Assembly (NCBI GenBank): GCA_013239625.1
Contig: MU056050.1
Coordinates: 6,209,366-6,273,365 of the forward strand
Direction of reading: 5' to 3'
Length of the DNA stretch: 64,000 bases
Source: Lama guanicoe
Lineage: Eukaryota
Shown here: piece by piece, positions 51,570 to 63,360 of the stretch
Layout of the letters: every line of letters begins with the position of its first letter
Position numbering within the stretch: the stretch's first letter is position 1
Notes under the pieces: generated by a model
Seen by the model: only the letters and a program-made list of their open reading frames with translations
Told to the model about the DNA's origin: nothing
Database searches by the model: none
Made by a program: the position numbers and the translations under genes

Positions 51570-53856
51570 AATTCTACTAAACAATTAAAGAAGAGTTAAT
51601 ACCTATCCTCCTCAAATATTTCAAAAAAATGGAAGAAGGGTAACTTCCTTTGTTTTTGTTCTACAAGGCAGCATTACTGTGATACCAAAATCAAACAAAG
51701 ACAGTACCAAAAAAAAAAGAAAATTATGGGCCAATATCCCTGATGAACATAGATGTAAAAATCCTCAACAAAATACTAGCAAACCAAATTGAACAATACA
51801 TTAAAAGGATCATATAGCATGATCAAGTGGGATTTATTCCAGAGATTCAAGGATGATTCAATATCTGCAAATCAAACAACATGATCCCATATTAACAAGA
51901 CAAAAGAAAAATATCATATGATGATCTCAACAAATGCAAAAAAGGCATTTGACAAAATTTAACATCTATTTATTAAAAAAAAACCTCTCAAAAAAGTGGA
52001 TATAGAAGGAATATACCTCAACATAATAAAGGTCACATGTGACAAACCCACAGTTAACATCATACTCAATGGTGAAAAGCTGAAAGCATTTCTTCTAAGA
52101 TTAGAAACAAGGCAAGGATGCCCACTCTTGTCACTTTTATTCAACATATTATAAGTCCTAGCCACAGCTATCAGAAAAGAAAAAGAAATAGAAGGCATCT
52201 AAATTGAAAGGAAGAAGTAAAACTGTCACTATTTGCAGATGGCACAATACTACATAAAGAAAACCCTAGAAACTCCATCAAAAAATAATATTAGAACTAA
52301 TAAATGAATTCAGTGAAGTTGTAGGATACAAAATTAATCTACAGAAACCTGTTGTGTTTCTATACACTAATAACCATCTATCAGAAAGAGAAATGAAGGA
52401 AACAATCCCACTTACAACTACATCAAAAAGAATAAAACACCTAGAAATAAATTTAATCATGGAGGTAAAAGACCTGTACTCTTAAAACTGTAAGACATTG
52501 ATTAAAGAAATTGAAGACAATACAAATAAATGGAAAGATATACCATGCTCATGGATTAGAAAAATTAATATTTGTAGACTGTCCATACTACCCAAAGCAA
52601 TCTATAGTGTTAACGCAATCCCTATCAAAATACCAATGGCATTTTTCACAGAATTGAAAGAAACAGTCTTGAAATGTGTACAGAACCACAAAATAGCCAA
52701 AGCAATCTTGAGAATGAAGAACAAAGCTGGAAGTATCATGCGCCCTGATTTCAAACTATATTACAAAGCCACAGTAATCAAAACAGTATGGTACTGGCCT
52801 ACAAACAGACACATAGATCAATGGAGTAGAATTGATAGCCCAGAAATAACCTAATGCTTATAGGGTCAATTAATCTATGACAAAGGAGGCAAGAATGTTA
52901 AGTTGAGAGAAGACAGTCTCTTCAATAAATGGTGTTGGGAAAATTGGACAGCTACATCCAAAAGAATGAAACTGAACCCGGTTCTTACATCATATACAAA
53001 AATAAACTCAAAATGGATTCAAGACTTAAATGTAAGACCTGAGATCATAAAACTCCTAGAAGAAAACAGAGGCAGAACACACTTTGACATCAATCTTAGC
53101 AATATTTTTTGGCTAGATCTCCTCAGGCAAGAGCAACGAAAGGGAAAATAAATAAATGGGACTACATCAAACTAAAAAGCTTTTGCACAACAAATGAGAT
53201 CATCAACAAAATGAAAAAGCAAACTAATGAATGGGACAACATATTTTCAAGTGATATATTTAATAAAGGGTTAATATCCAAAATATAAAAAGACTCACAT
53301 AACTTGATATCAAAAAACAAAAGACCTGATTACAAAATGGGCAGGGGATCATAGGCATTTTTCCAAGGAAGACATACAGATGGCAAACAGACACATAAAA
53401 AGATGCTCAACATCACTAATCATCAGGGAAATGCAAATCAAAACCACAGTGAGTTACCACCGAACACCTGTCAGAATGGCAATTACCAAGAAGATAACAA
53501 AAAACAAGTGTTGGAGAGGATGTGAAGAAAAGGAAACACTCATGCACTGTTGATGGGAATGTAAATTGGTGTAGCCACTATGGAAAACAATATGGAGTGT
53601 CTTCAAAAAATTAAAAATAGAACTACTATACAATCCATCAATTCCACTCCTGGATATCAAGAAAAGAAAGAAAAGAAAAGAAAAGAAAAGAAAAGAAAAG
53701 AAAAGAAAAGAAAAGAAAAGAAAAGAAAAGGAAAGAAAGAAAGAAAGAAAAGAAAGAAAAGAAAAGAAAGAAAGGAAAGAAAAGAAAGAAAGAAAAGAAA
53801 AGAAAGAAAGAAAGAGAGAAAGAGAGAGAGAAAGAGAGAAAGAAAGAGAGAAAGAG

Positions 53857-53891
<35 letters not shown>

Positions 53892-54405
53892 AAAGAAAAA
53901 GAGGAAGGAAGGAAGGAAGGAAGAAAGGAGGAAAGAAAGGAAGGAAGGAGTAAAGAAAGGAAGAAAGGAAGGAAGGAAGAAAGAAAGGAAGAAAAGAAAG
54001 GAAGAAAGGAAGGAAGAAAAGAAAGGAAGAAAGGAAGGAAGAAAAGAAAGGAAGGAAGGAAGGAAACACTAATTTGAAAAGACATGTGAAAAAAGAAAAA
54101 AAGAAAAGATATGTGCACCTCTATGTTCATAGCAGCATTATTTACAATAGCCAAGATAATGAAACAACCTAAGACTCCATTCATAGATGAATGGATAAAG
54201 AAGATGTGGTGTGTGTGTGTTATATATATATATATATATATAAAATATTACTCAGTCATAAATAGAACGAAATCTTGCCATTTGCAACAATATGGATGGA
54301 TCTAGAAAGTATTCTGTTATGAGAAATAAGCCAGAGAAAGACAAATACTATATGATTTCATTTATATGTGGAATCTAAAAAACAATATGAATGAACAAAC
54401 AAAAC
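51570..54405 (+). mobile_element. L1 ORF2 (RT region to C-terminus) plus partial 3'UTR, decayed
   Basis: ORFs 52498-52854 ([15 protein letters not shown]...ILPKAIY) and 52903-53151 are L1 ORF2p; the catalytic FADD is mutated to FADG at 52232-52243. Confidence 0.95.
53659..54067 (+). repeat. Compound polypurine microsatellite (GAAAA)n/(GAAA)n/(GA)n/(GGAA)n
   Basis: About 400 nt of A/G; the only pyrimidine I saw is T53951. Confidence 0.97.
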
Positions 54406-56545
54406 ATTTTGTGTCAAGCTCACATAGCTAGTAAGTGGAGAAGCTAGGACTAGACCCTGGAGGAGTCTGATTCCCCAAACCAATGCTCTTTCCTCCAATC
54501 ATCATGCCTCTCCCTGGTCTCTAAAGCCCAGCAGGAGTGTGAGAAGTTGGGATTTCTTGATGTCTAGTCCAGTGTCTATTCACTAGACTACTTCACTTCC
54601 CCAAAGAGTGATCACCATTGTTTACGACTCTAACATAATGACCCTCATTCCATAAGTCACACACAATCGTCATGTTGCTTCAGAGTCACGCTTCATACTT
54701 TAATAAATCTGAATGGGGCATTTTTATTACTTTATACATTGAAGAGGTTAGCAAAAGGAGACATTTCTTGAATAAAGCTCCCAGCTCCCTTTGCATTTTT
54801 TGAAACCTGTATTCTTTCAGTTTGAACTACATAATGCAGTTCCTTCCAGCAAATACACTTCAACTGCTGAAGAATCTACCAAATGTAATTTTGTTCTTTG
54901 AATGTTCAGGGTAATACTTTGCATCCTATACATTTTACTATCAGTTGATGAATTCTAGCTTGTTTCAAGACCTCATGTGTTCTCTGAATGTATGTTCATT
55001 TCGGGATCTTATTATTTACTCAATCCTTGGATCAGCCACTGCACAGCACTCTGGCCAGACGCTATACATCATGCCACATCCCTACTGGGAATGAAAACAT
55101 TCAACAATGTTCGGTTTGTTTTGAGGTTCTTTTCCATTACAGCCCTGTAGAAGACTCTAATAAATGTGTTTCTACTATGAAATCAGTTCTTCTCTGTAAA
55201 GGAAAGGGGACTATTTTTCCTTAGGTGAGTTTTCCTAGAATATACTACTAACCTACAGGCAATCAACTCATTCTGAGTTGTGACCAAAATTTATTTTTCT
55301 GGCAATAAAAGGGTGAACCTAAGGAAAGATTATTGCATAAAAAATGCCTCTTTAAATACACAATTTCTCCGTTTTTTAAACAGAAATAAATGGTGAATGT
55401 TTTAGAAATGCAAACTTTATAGAAAGACATGTTGAAATTGCTTTAAAAGAAATCAACCAAACTATGAGATACCTAATTTACAACTACACTAATGCAAGTA
55501 CACATAAAAAATATTGTATATATGCTTTTTGTAATATGGATTTTCAATCCTCCTTCCATGCAAGTCATGGGACTGGTATTCAAAATATTTAGCAACCAGT
55601 ATGGCACAGACATCAGCCAATCAAAATGGAGGCCAACACTGGCTCTAAGCCCAAACTCCTCTGCTAAACCACAAATTAACTATTTAGTTGCTGGGCAGTA
55701 CAGAAATCTTGGGGTTCCGTGAGAGGGATCAGGTCATCTGGGGTTGGGGAGGCACTTGAGGGAAGGAATTATTTTCCAATCACTAAGAGGTATTCAGTGT
55801 TTTAATAACCAGTACAGCTGGTTATTAAATAATTACAGTAGTATACTTGAATTTATATTTTAATATTATTACTGAATTAATAAAAATAACCAGTATGGTG
55901 GGTGCCATCTGGAAATCAACTCTGCCAGTCAATAAGCCGTACTCAACACGTTCATCAGTGCCTGCCAGGCCCCAGGCCCTTTGTCCAACCCCCCTACCCT
56001 GTGCCCCTGCTGCCCAGGCAGCCATGTTATACACCATATTACTCAGCCCTTCACTGACCACAGCCAACATGACTCAGGATGGACTCATAATCCAAAAGCT
56101 GAAAATCCACAGGCCAGCCAGCAACGCTTTTTGGCCTGACACAAAAAGATAACCTGGCCAGCCAATCGGATTTCTAGTCTTAGAAATTTGAGTTTGGAAA
56201 CAGAAAAAGACTGATGCCAGAGCAGCTAGTCCTTTCCTGGCAGGAAATGAGAGTGGGAGAAGTGATCACTAAATCCACAGAGGATGGGAGGAGCTAGGGT
56301 TGGTCACAAGTGGCGGCCATTATTCACGGCAATGAGTACGGATTATCACAATCAGCACACAAGGAAGGATGGCAATCCATGTGCTGGGAGGGACAGAACA
56401 CAGGGAGACCTCTGCTTCGGGTTTAAAAATACAGGGGTTCCCAGGAACACAAGTGATAGATGACCAAAAGAAATTCTCCTAGATTGAAACTACCAACAAA
56501 ACCCGACTTCTGCTTGACCACCAGAGGCCTGATTCAAGCACCCTA

Positions 56546-56715
56546 GAATGGTGGTTTTTAAAGTGTGATTCCCCGACCAGCAGCATTGACATCACCTGGG
56601 AACTTGTTAGACGGCACATGCCCACAGAAGCAGGAACTCTGAGGGTGGAGGTCAGCAGTCTGTGGTTTAATGTGCCCTCCAGGTGATTCCAATCCAAGCT
56701 CCAGTTTGCGAACCT
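56546..56715. mobile_element. MER5A-type hAT MITE
   Basis: GACCAGCAGCAT..CATCACCTGGGAACTTGTTAGA...GCCCTCCAGGTGATTC..AGTTTGCGAACC. Confidence 0.8.
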
Positions 56716-58958
56716 TCCCAGGGGCAGTGTCTCCAATTGGTCGGATTTACTGGCCAAGAAACTCCTCTGGAATACATATGTGCCTACCAGTTCCAACATA
56801 AAATTCACCATCCCCAAGCAGCTGCAGGATGCAGTACATACTCTGAACCAGCAATCATAGGCCCCAGAATGGCAGATTTAAAGATGCCACCTAAAAGTTA
56901 TAGACACTGAGTCTGATAAGCAGCTTTTAATGTGGTCTTTTCATGTTACTTTTAGATGAAACCCAGTTACCTTCCTCCTGGAAGTCGGGGGAGCAGGTGT
57001 TTGTGGCTGAGGTATAACAGGGAAACTGTTTTAGGCAGAGACAATTTTGGTGCTGCCTATAGGAGAAAGGTTGGTGTATCAATGGGCAAGAAACAAACCA
57101 TAGGGACATGTCAATTACTGCCTGCTAGTCTACTGCCTGCCTGCACCCTCTGCTGCTCATGCTGCCAAGTTTTATATCGCATGACCTTGCCCTCTAGCCG
57201 CAGGGTGTCCCCCTGACCCAGGTATGGTCAAGTCAATCAAAACACTTACCTACAATGTGACCTGACGTTGAAGATGATCTGTAGTCCTGTGATTCTCTCA
57301 CTCGAAAATCTGAAGACTGAAGCAGTTAGAAATGACAACTCAAGCTTACCAAGAATGCCCGGAGGAAGAGAAGGACCTATGAAGGATCACAGCAAGGCAA
57401 AGTAACCACAAAAGCAGAATGCATTGCACAGCACGAGGTACCAAGAAACACAATCAAGTAGGCCATCCATTAAAGGTATAATCACGTATGGAGAGAAGCA
57501 GAGATACTGAGAGAGAATGACAATGTCAGGGACAGTGAGGGAGACATCATGGAGTCCTGGGAGAGATGGAAAGCTTAAGTGCCTGGATTCCTGTTGGCTG
57601 GCGGCCCGACAATAGCCTCCTTTTCAGGTTTGGACAGTTGGAGTAAGTTGCTAGAATGCCTGAGGAGGGGGCTATTTAAATTAGTTTGAGTGTAAGAGCA
57701 GGTGAGGGCGATTAACAGGAGTCCAGGAGAAAGACAAAGACAATGAAAGAAACAGAGAAATACCCACAGAGCAACAGAGACCGAGAAAGTTCCTAGGGAT
57801 GCAAAGTTTTGACGGGCATTTTGTCAGAGAAGGGATCACGGCCACAGCTCTTTCTCCCAGGAGTTTAATCTTAAGTCCAGTTAAATGAAGAATGAATGAA
57901 TGAAGGCACAAATTTTAAGTGAACATGTAAAGTTAATGACATTTGTCAGGATGGACAGAGGGGACTCTGGCCAAAGCCCAGTGGCACAAAGAACAACAAA
58001 GCTTCTGGGATCAAATCACTATCAGAATAGAAAGAGGTGGCCCCAGTGGGCCAGACCTCACCCCAAGCCAGTCCACTCAAAGAGGAAGAGAAGGAGTGGA
58101 TCTGTGGGGTGGCAAACCCAGCAACCAAGCTCACCCAGCTCTTCTGGTGTCCTGAACAAAAGTTAATGTTTCTAAAGAGCTCAACTGTTTGAATTTCAGC
58201 TCAGTTTTTGATAGCGCACCTTTAGTCAGTGGTGGCCTGGGTGAGGATCTCACCGCAGGGCCGGGGAAGTGGTGGGAGTGGGAGTGTTCCACCCCAGACA
58301 CCCCAGATTCAGTCATAACAGATGACAGCGTGCAGCCCAGCACCAGCAATGTCGACAGTGGATCACAAGGGATCACAACCTTGCCAACTTCAGTGGCAGC
58401 AAAAATGGCATGGAAAGCCAGTTCCGAAGCAAACAATTTAGGTTAGCAAAGGTGGAGGTTTCCAGCCTCAAAAGGGCTTATCTGAATTCTGGCCCAGTGC
58501 CGAGAGAAGCAGCATGAGCAGCCTGGGGCCTTGATAAACATGTGGGACCTTGGGGCATTCCCAGACAACACTGGACATTTGCTCTTACGGCCTATATTCT
58601 GACCCTGCCATTTTGACCCCAGGACATTTTTGTTCTGAATTTGGCTCTCTCCTCAACCTAGAGTATGGACTGTTCAGGTTAGAAGAATTCAATTGTACTA
58701 GGAGTTTAATACCTCTATTTCAACTTATAAAAAATTTCTTTGAATGTATAAATACAGATTTGACGCCTTGAAAACAGCTGAGCCCGGGACAGGAACATTG
58801 TGTTACAGAGTAGGTACATGTTGTGTTAGGGCCTCTCCTCAGAGCACTCCTGCTGTACCAGTTTAAAGCAATGATAACCCGGAGCGTGATGCCGGAGAAA
58901 GGGAAAAAAAAGGCAGCCTCGGAAATCTGAAAGCCGGCCTGATGCTCACAGCCAGGCA

Positions 58959-59456
58959 TGTTCTTCTTCTATTGGACATTAATCGGTTCACATAATACCA
59001 GCTTCAAACAAGGTTATCCTGAGAATGTGAGACAAACAAAGCCACTTCATAATTTTGTCATAAGCACAAAATCAAGGTCATTATGTCCCAAACAAACCAC
59101 CAAACACCACCCGCTCTCAGCTAAAATGAGGAACTGCTATTTCTTTATCAGTTAGAGCTTGATCCTCTGTCTAGCTGGCCCTGTCTATAAAAAAAGATTC
59201 TATTGAGATACCCAGTCATAGAATCGTCCCTGATTTCTGACAGCTTCAATCTAGAATGAACCCTCGCTTCCTTAGACCCTCCCTCCATCACCTAACCAAA
59301 GCCCAAATCCTATAATAGGCTCCTTTTACTCTCCTCTCACTGACAGGCCCCATGGCTCCCCATGGTGTGTATTCACTCTCCCTGCAGCAAGTAATAAATG
59401 CAACTTGTTCAACTACTGGTGTGTTCCTGCTGGGCTTTAGATGAAGGGCACTGCCA
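58959..59456 (+). mobile_element. ERV1 solo LTR (MER90-like)
   Basis: TG...CA ends; TTGAGATACCCAGTCATAGAAT, CTTCCTTAGACCCTCCC, AAAGCCCAAATCCTATAATAGG; AATAAA at 59393-59398. Confidence 0.7.
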
Positions 59457-60679
59457 TGCCCCTAAAACGCATTCCTTTTTCTTTTCACTGAAGAATATAA
59501 TCAGCTTACATAAAATGCATTCTTTTACTTGATTTATCTTTATTGTTATATTTATTGATGTGCATGTGCTTTGCATTAAAGGTAGGAAAACAAACTTTCA
59601 ATATCATTTTTATGATTTGGGGAGAGTAACAGAGTTTTGTATGTTGCATGTACAATAGCTACAAAGAGTTTAAGGAGAACAGGTAAATATTCATAATTGT
59701 ACTCAGAGAAACTGCGTAGTTAGGTTGTATTATGATAAGTAATGTTAATTATTAAATCACTTGAGTCCATTTTAATGGAAATTTCGTGGTGTTTTAACAA
59801 AATTGGTGTCAATTTGGAGGCTCAGGGGTGCATAACATTTTTCCCACTTAAAGTAATGGTAATTGCAATCTTCACTTAGTAGGATTTGCACCAAAGGAGA
59901 CTGCCAGGAACAAACCACAAGGGGAAAGATTATATTCATAAGCTTTGGATGTGCAATAGCATAGATCCACCCTGAAGAATGGGAAAATTCTGGAACACCT
60001 GAGGGAAGTTGTTCACAATTTCCTCACGGAAGTAACCAAGAAACTAATATCAATTTCCAAGGCATCATGAATATAACTGTTAGAAATAATCGACACAAAA
60101 TAAAATGGTCAATGTCTAAAACGGCACATGGTAAAATTTATTAGAAATAAAAAAAGCTGAAAAAATACATGTCATTTGTAACAGTGGAAACTGAAAACTG
60201 ACCTGAGAAAATTTAGACCTGATGGAAATAGCCACAATAGAAAAACATGACAAGTTGTGAAACTGCGCAAAATAAAATTTGTTATTAACTCTAATTTTAT
60301 GGAAAAATCACGTTCTTAAAAAATTTAGATCTGTATAATTTGACCCAGGGAAAAAGACTTTGATAAAAAAAATAATGTCCACACATTATAATTTACAATG
60401 CAAAGAAAATTTTACTACAAGAAATAGTTTAGTGATAAAGCAAATCCTTATTGTAAACTTAAAGTGAAACTAATCAATCCTAATGAAAATACTTTCCGTA
60501 GAATAAAAATACAAATGAAGAAAAGTCTGTACAGTTTAGAAAATAGATCAAGGACTTCAGCTGGCTTAAGGGAATTTACTTCAATAAAAACTTGATCAAT
60601 AAAAAGGCATCAATGTTGGGGTATTAGCTAGGATACAGCTCCATATACCAATGACAACAAAAATAAAAACAATAGCTTA

Positions 60680-60775
60680 GCGGGGATGGGTAATAATAGC
60701 TCAATGGTAAGTGCCTGCTTAGCATGCATGAGGTCCTGGGTTCAACCCCCAGTACCTGCGTCCAAAAAAAAAAAA
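60680..60775 (+). mobile_element. Vic-1-type SINE (short tail)
   Basis: ATAGCTCAATGG A box; GGTTCAACCCC B box; TGCTTAGCATGCATGAGGTCCTG; poly(A). Confidence 0.85.
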
Positions 60776-60854
60776 TAGAGAAAGATAACCAGGTGAATAT
60801 AACTAAAGTGAAAAACAAACTTCATCAAAGTTTATTGAAAAGTGTTAACTTACT

Positions 60855-60980
60855 GGGGGAGGGTACAGCTCAGTGGTAGTGTGAATGCTTAGCATGCACA
60901 AGATCCTGGCTTCAATCCCCAGTACCAGCACTTAATAAATAAGTAAACCTAATTATTCACCCACCCTGCAAAAAAAAAAA
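60855..60980 (+). mobile_element. Vic-1-type SINE
   Basis: GGGGAGGGTACAGCTCAGTGG...GCTTCAATCCCCAGTACC...AAACCTAATTA, poly(A). Confidence 0.9.
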
Positions 60981-61359
60981 GTGGCTTAAACAGATGGAAA
61001 ACTATTTCTTTCTCCAGATAAAGAAGTCTGAAAGTGGGAGTACCCCAGGGTTGGTCAGGCAGTTCCATGGTCACCAGGGACCCAGGCTCCTTCTATCCAG
61101 CTGCTACACCATCCTTGATGTGCATCCACATAACTCAAGATCTTTTTAAATAGACTCTTGTCCAGGAGATAATTTGAGCTTTAGGAGTGATGGGAGGCAA
61201 ACTAAGAAAGAATTAGGAAATTAAGCAAAAGAAAAAATCTTGAGGTCTTAGAAATCAGGATGGGCATATATAAAAGGAAAAAAGGACATACCCACCAACA
61301 TATACCCAGACCTAACTGTAATCAGCTATCACAAATGTAAGGATGGCCAAGAATCCAAC

Positions 61360-61890
61360 TGTAAACAATATAGCTAACATACACTAGGGAACAGTAAATG
61401 GAATACCACGCCGATCTTAGTAGAAAATGGGTAAATTATCACATTTTGGCCATGCTCTCATATGGCCAGTACAAAAAGTAATGGCATTTGAAGACTTACA
61501 GTTGATTTGAGGACAGAGATAAATAAGGTATCGATCCCAATTAATGATGATGGTCACATACCAAATAGTCTTGCAAAGATGGGACCTTATTCAAAGATTT
61601 TTTTTCTGTCTTGGATATAGCAAACAGGTTTTGGCCTCTACCTGTGAAGGAGATACATTAGTTCAAAACTGTATGCATGATGGGAAGTAGACAGTTGGAC
61701 ATCAATAATACTCACCATCAACCTCCCACAGATATATGGAGACCCTAAAAAATAGACCACATAATTTGATAGTCCTACATATGGACAAATTCTCGTATCT
61801 ATCTCACAAAGAGAAGATCAGAAATTAACCAAGCATGTCTTGAGGGCAATATGGAAGGCAAGGTGGAAAGTCAAGGGAAAGATACAGCTT
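61360..61890 (+). mobile_element. Decayed reverse transcriptase domain of an ancient LTR retroelement pol
   Basis: Manual translation across frameshifts: KQY (61363); ALIWPVQK (W at 61463); SNGI*RLTVDLRTEINKV; FSVLDIANRFWPLPVKEIH*FKT (from 61602); ILVSISQREDQKLTKHVLRAIWKARWKVKGKIQL (61789-61890). Confidence 0.8.
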
Positions 61891-62437
61891 GAGTCTGAGT
61901 ATAGTGGCCTCGATGAAAGTTCTTCTAGTGGGAAAGCAATGTATCAGGAAAGGGACAAATACTCAGGTCACTAGACCAACAGAAGAAAAAGGCAGTTATC
62001 ACCAGGTTCTGTAACGGTTATACGCTACTATACAGTGAGAAAGACCGTCACTTGGTCCAGTTACCTAAGTAAACCACCGCTGCAGGGAAGGGGCACCAAC
62101 CATCATGGAGAACACAAAGAGACAGTAGCCTGGGCACCAGCTTCGGCCTTACCAAAAAAAAGACTTGGGAACCTTTTAACCTCTGCCTGATAATAATTTC
62201 CAATACCATAGCTATTAGTTATATGAGAAAGTCACATTTGTTAATGGAGAGAAATCAGAACCGAATACTTTGTACCAGTGCAAAATATCCTGGGCCAGTC
62301 ATGTCACACACTAACTGCCCACAGAGGGGTAGATCTAAGAACTGATCAATGATCTACTATCCAGGCATTATTCTCCTTAAACACCCCACAACTTTTTATG
62401 GAATAACTAAGGGCTAAGAAAAGCTGTGCATACAAGG

Positions 62438-62913
62438 TGAGGGTCTGAATTTGGGTTTCCTCAGAAGCAGACCCAGAGACAACAATTGTTAATGCGAGGA
62501 GTTTATTTTGGACTTGACCCCAGGAAACACTCCTAGGGAAGTGAGGAAGTGATACAGGGAAATGAAAGCAGTCAATAAGGAGTGTGTTGTCAACACAGCC
62601 ACTACTGTGGGTGACTGGGGCTTAGTCTCATGGGTAAAGTCTGGGGAACCATACAGATAACACACCTTAGGAGACCTTGCTGAAGGGGCGAGCGCACTGC
62701 TGTGCTCACACACCAACTCCCATAAGCTTTTGGTTGAGAGCCGCTCTCAGAGGCGCTACCCTCTTAGCTCTTCCAGCCTACCATGCAAAGGGTAGAAAAG
62801 CCTTCAAGGCCTCTGATGAAGTCCTCAGATAAAGAGACACTGGCAGTCAGAAATCAGCTGGAGCACACAGAAACAATAACGCAGGGGACATAGGGAACAA
62901 TAGTGTTGCTACA
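62438..62913 (-). mobile_element. ERVL solo LTR (LTR33-like) inserted into the pol remnant
   Basis: CAGAAGCAGACCC.GAGACAA...AGTTTATTT..GA...CCCAGGAA...CACCAACTCCCAT...TTGGTTGAG...GCTACA. Confidence 0.8.
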
Positions 62914-63136
62914 TGCATTTGAACCACAGGAAAGTCTTGCCCCTTGTGTACTGGGAGGGTAGCTTAGGCAGACTAAATGCAGGAGACATGAGGTAGAATA
63001 CTGATAGAAGTCTGAAATCTGACAGCAACTGGAGGATTTCAGAAGTCTAGAACACCTGGAGAGAAAGCAATGTGGACACCAGCATTATCAATGAAAGCGG
63101 CCCGGGGATCAGAATGCGCTGCACTGGGTGACCACC

Positions 63137-63360
63137 CATAGAGAAGGAAGAACAGACCACTGTGGGGGCCTTTGCCAATAATTTGGAAATAATGGCACTT
63201 TATTTTGGTGACAGTAGATAGTTTCACCAGTTGGTAGAGACTTTTCAAACCAAACACCTAGCAACTAAGAAAGCTGTAAAGATTCTAGTTCAATAACTTA
63301 GTGGAGAAGTCTCACACGATGGACCAAACTCGGGGGCATATTTCATGGGAGAATGTGTCA
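63137..63360 (+). mobile_element. Decayed retroviral/Gypsy-type integrase core
   Basis: GPLP (63166-63177), then IIWK*WHFILVTVDSFTSW, a frameshift, then VETFQTKHLATKKAVKIL...PNSGAYFMGE; matches the rve pattern GPLP...ILVxVDxFSxWVEAFPT...SDxGxxF. Confidence 0.8.

Larger units (their letters stand above)
60622..61140 (-). mobile_element. Old MaLR LTR fragment (MLT1J/K-like) carrying two SINEs
   Basis: GTGGCTTAAACAGAT...AAGAAGTCTGAAAGTGGG...CAGGGACCCAGGCTCCTTCTATC. Confidence 0.6.

Noticed and set aside
53580..54184. Longest ORFs in the track (165, 143 and 175 aa; K/E/R-rich or F/L/S-rich)
   Set aside because: They are translations of the purine microsatellite, which contains no stop codons; not genes.
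47528..54405. Potentially active LINE-1
   Set aside because: Both ORF2 copies are 5'-truncated with many stops and frameshifts, and one has lost a catalytic aspartate.
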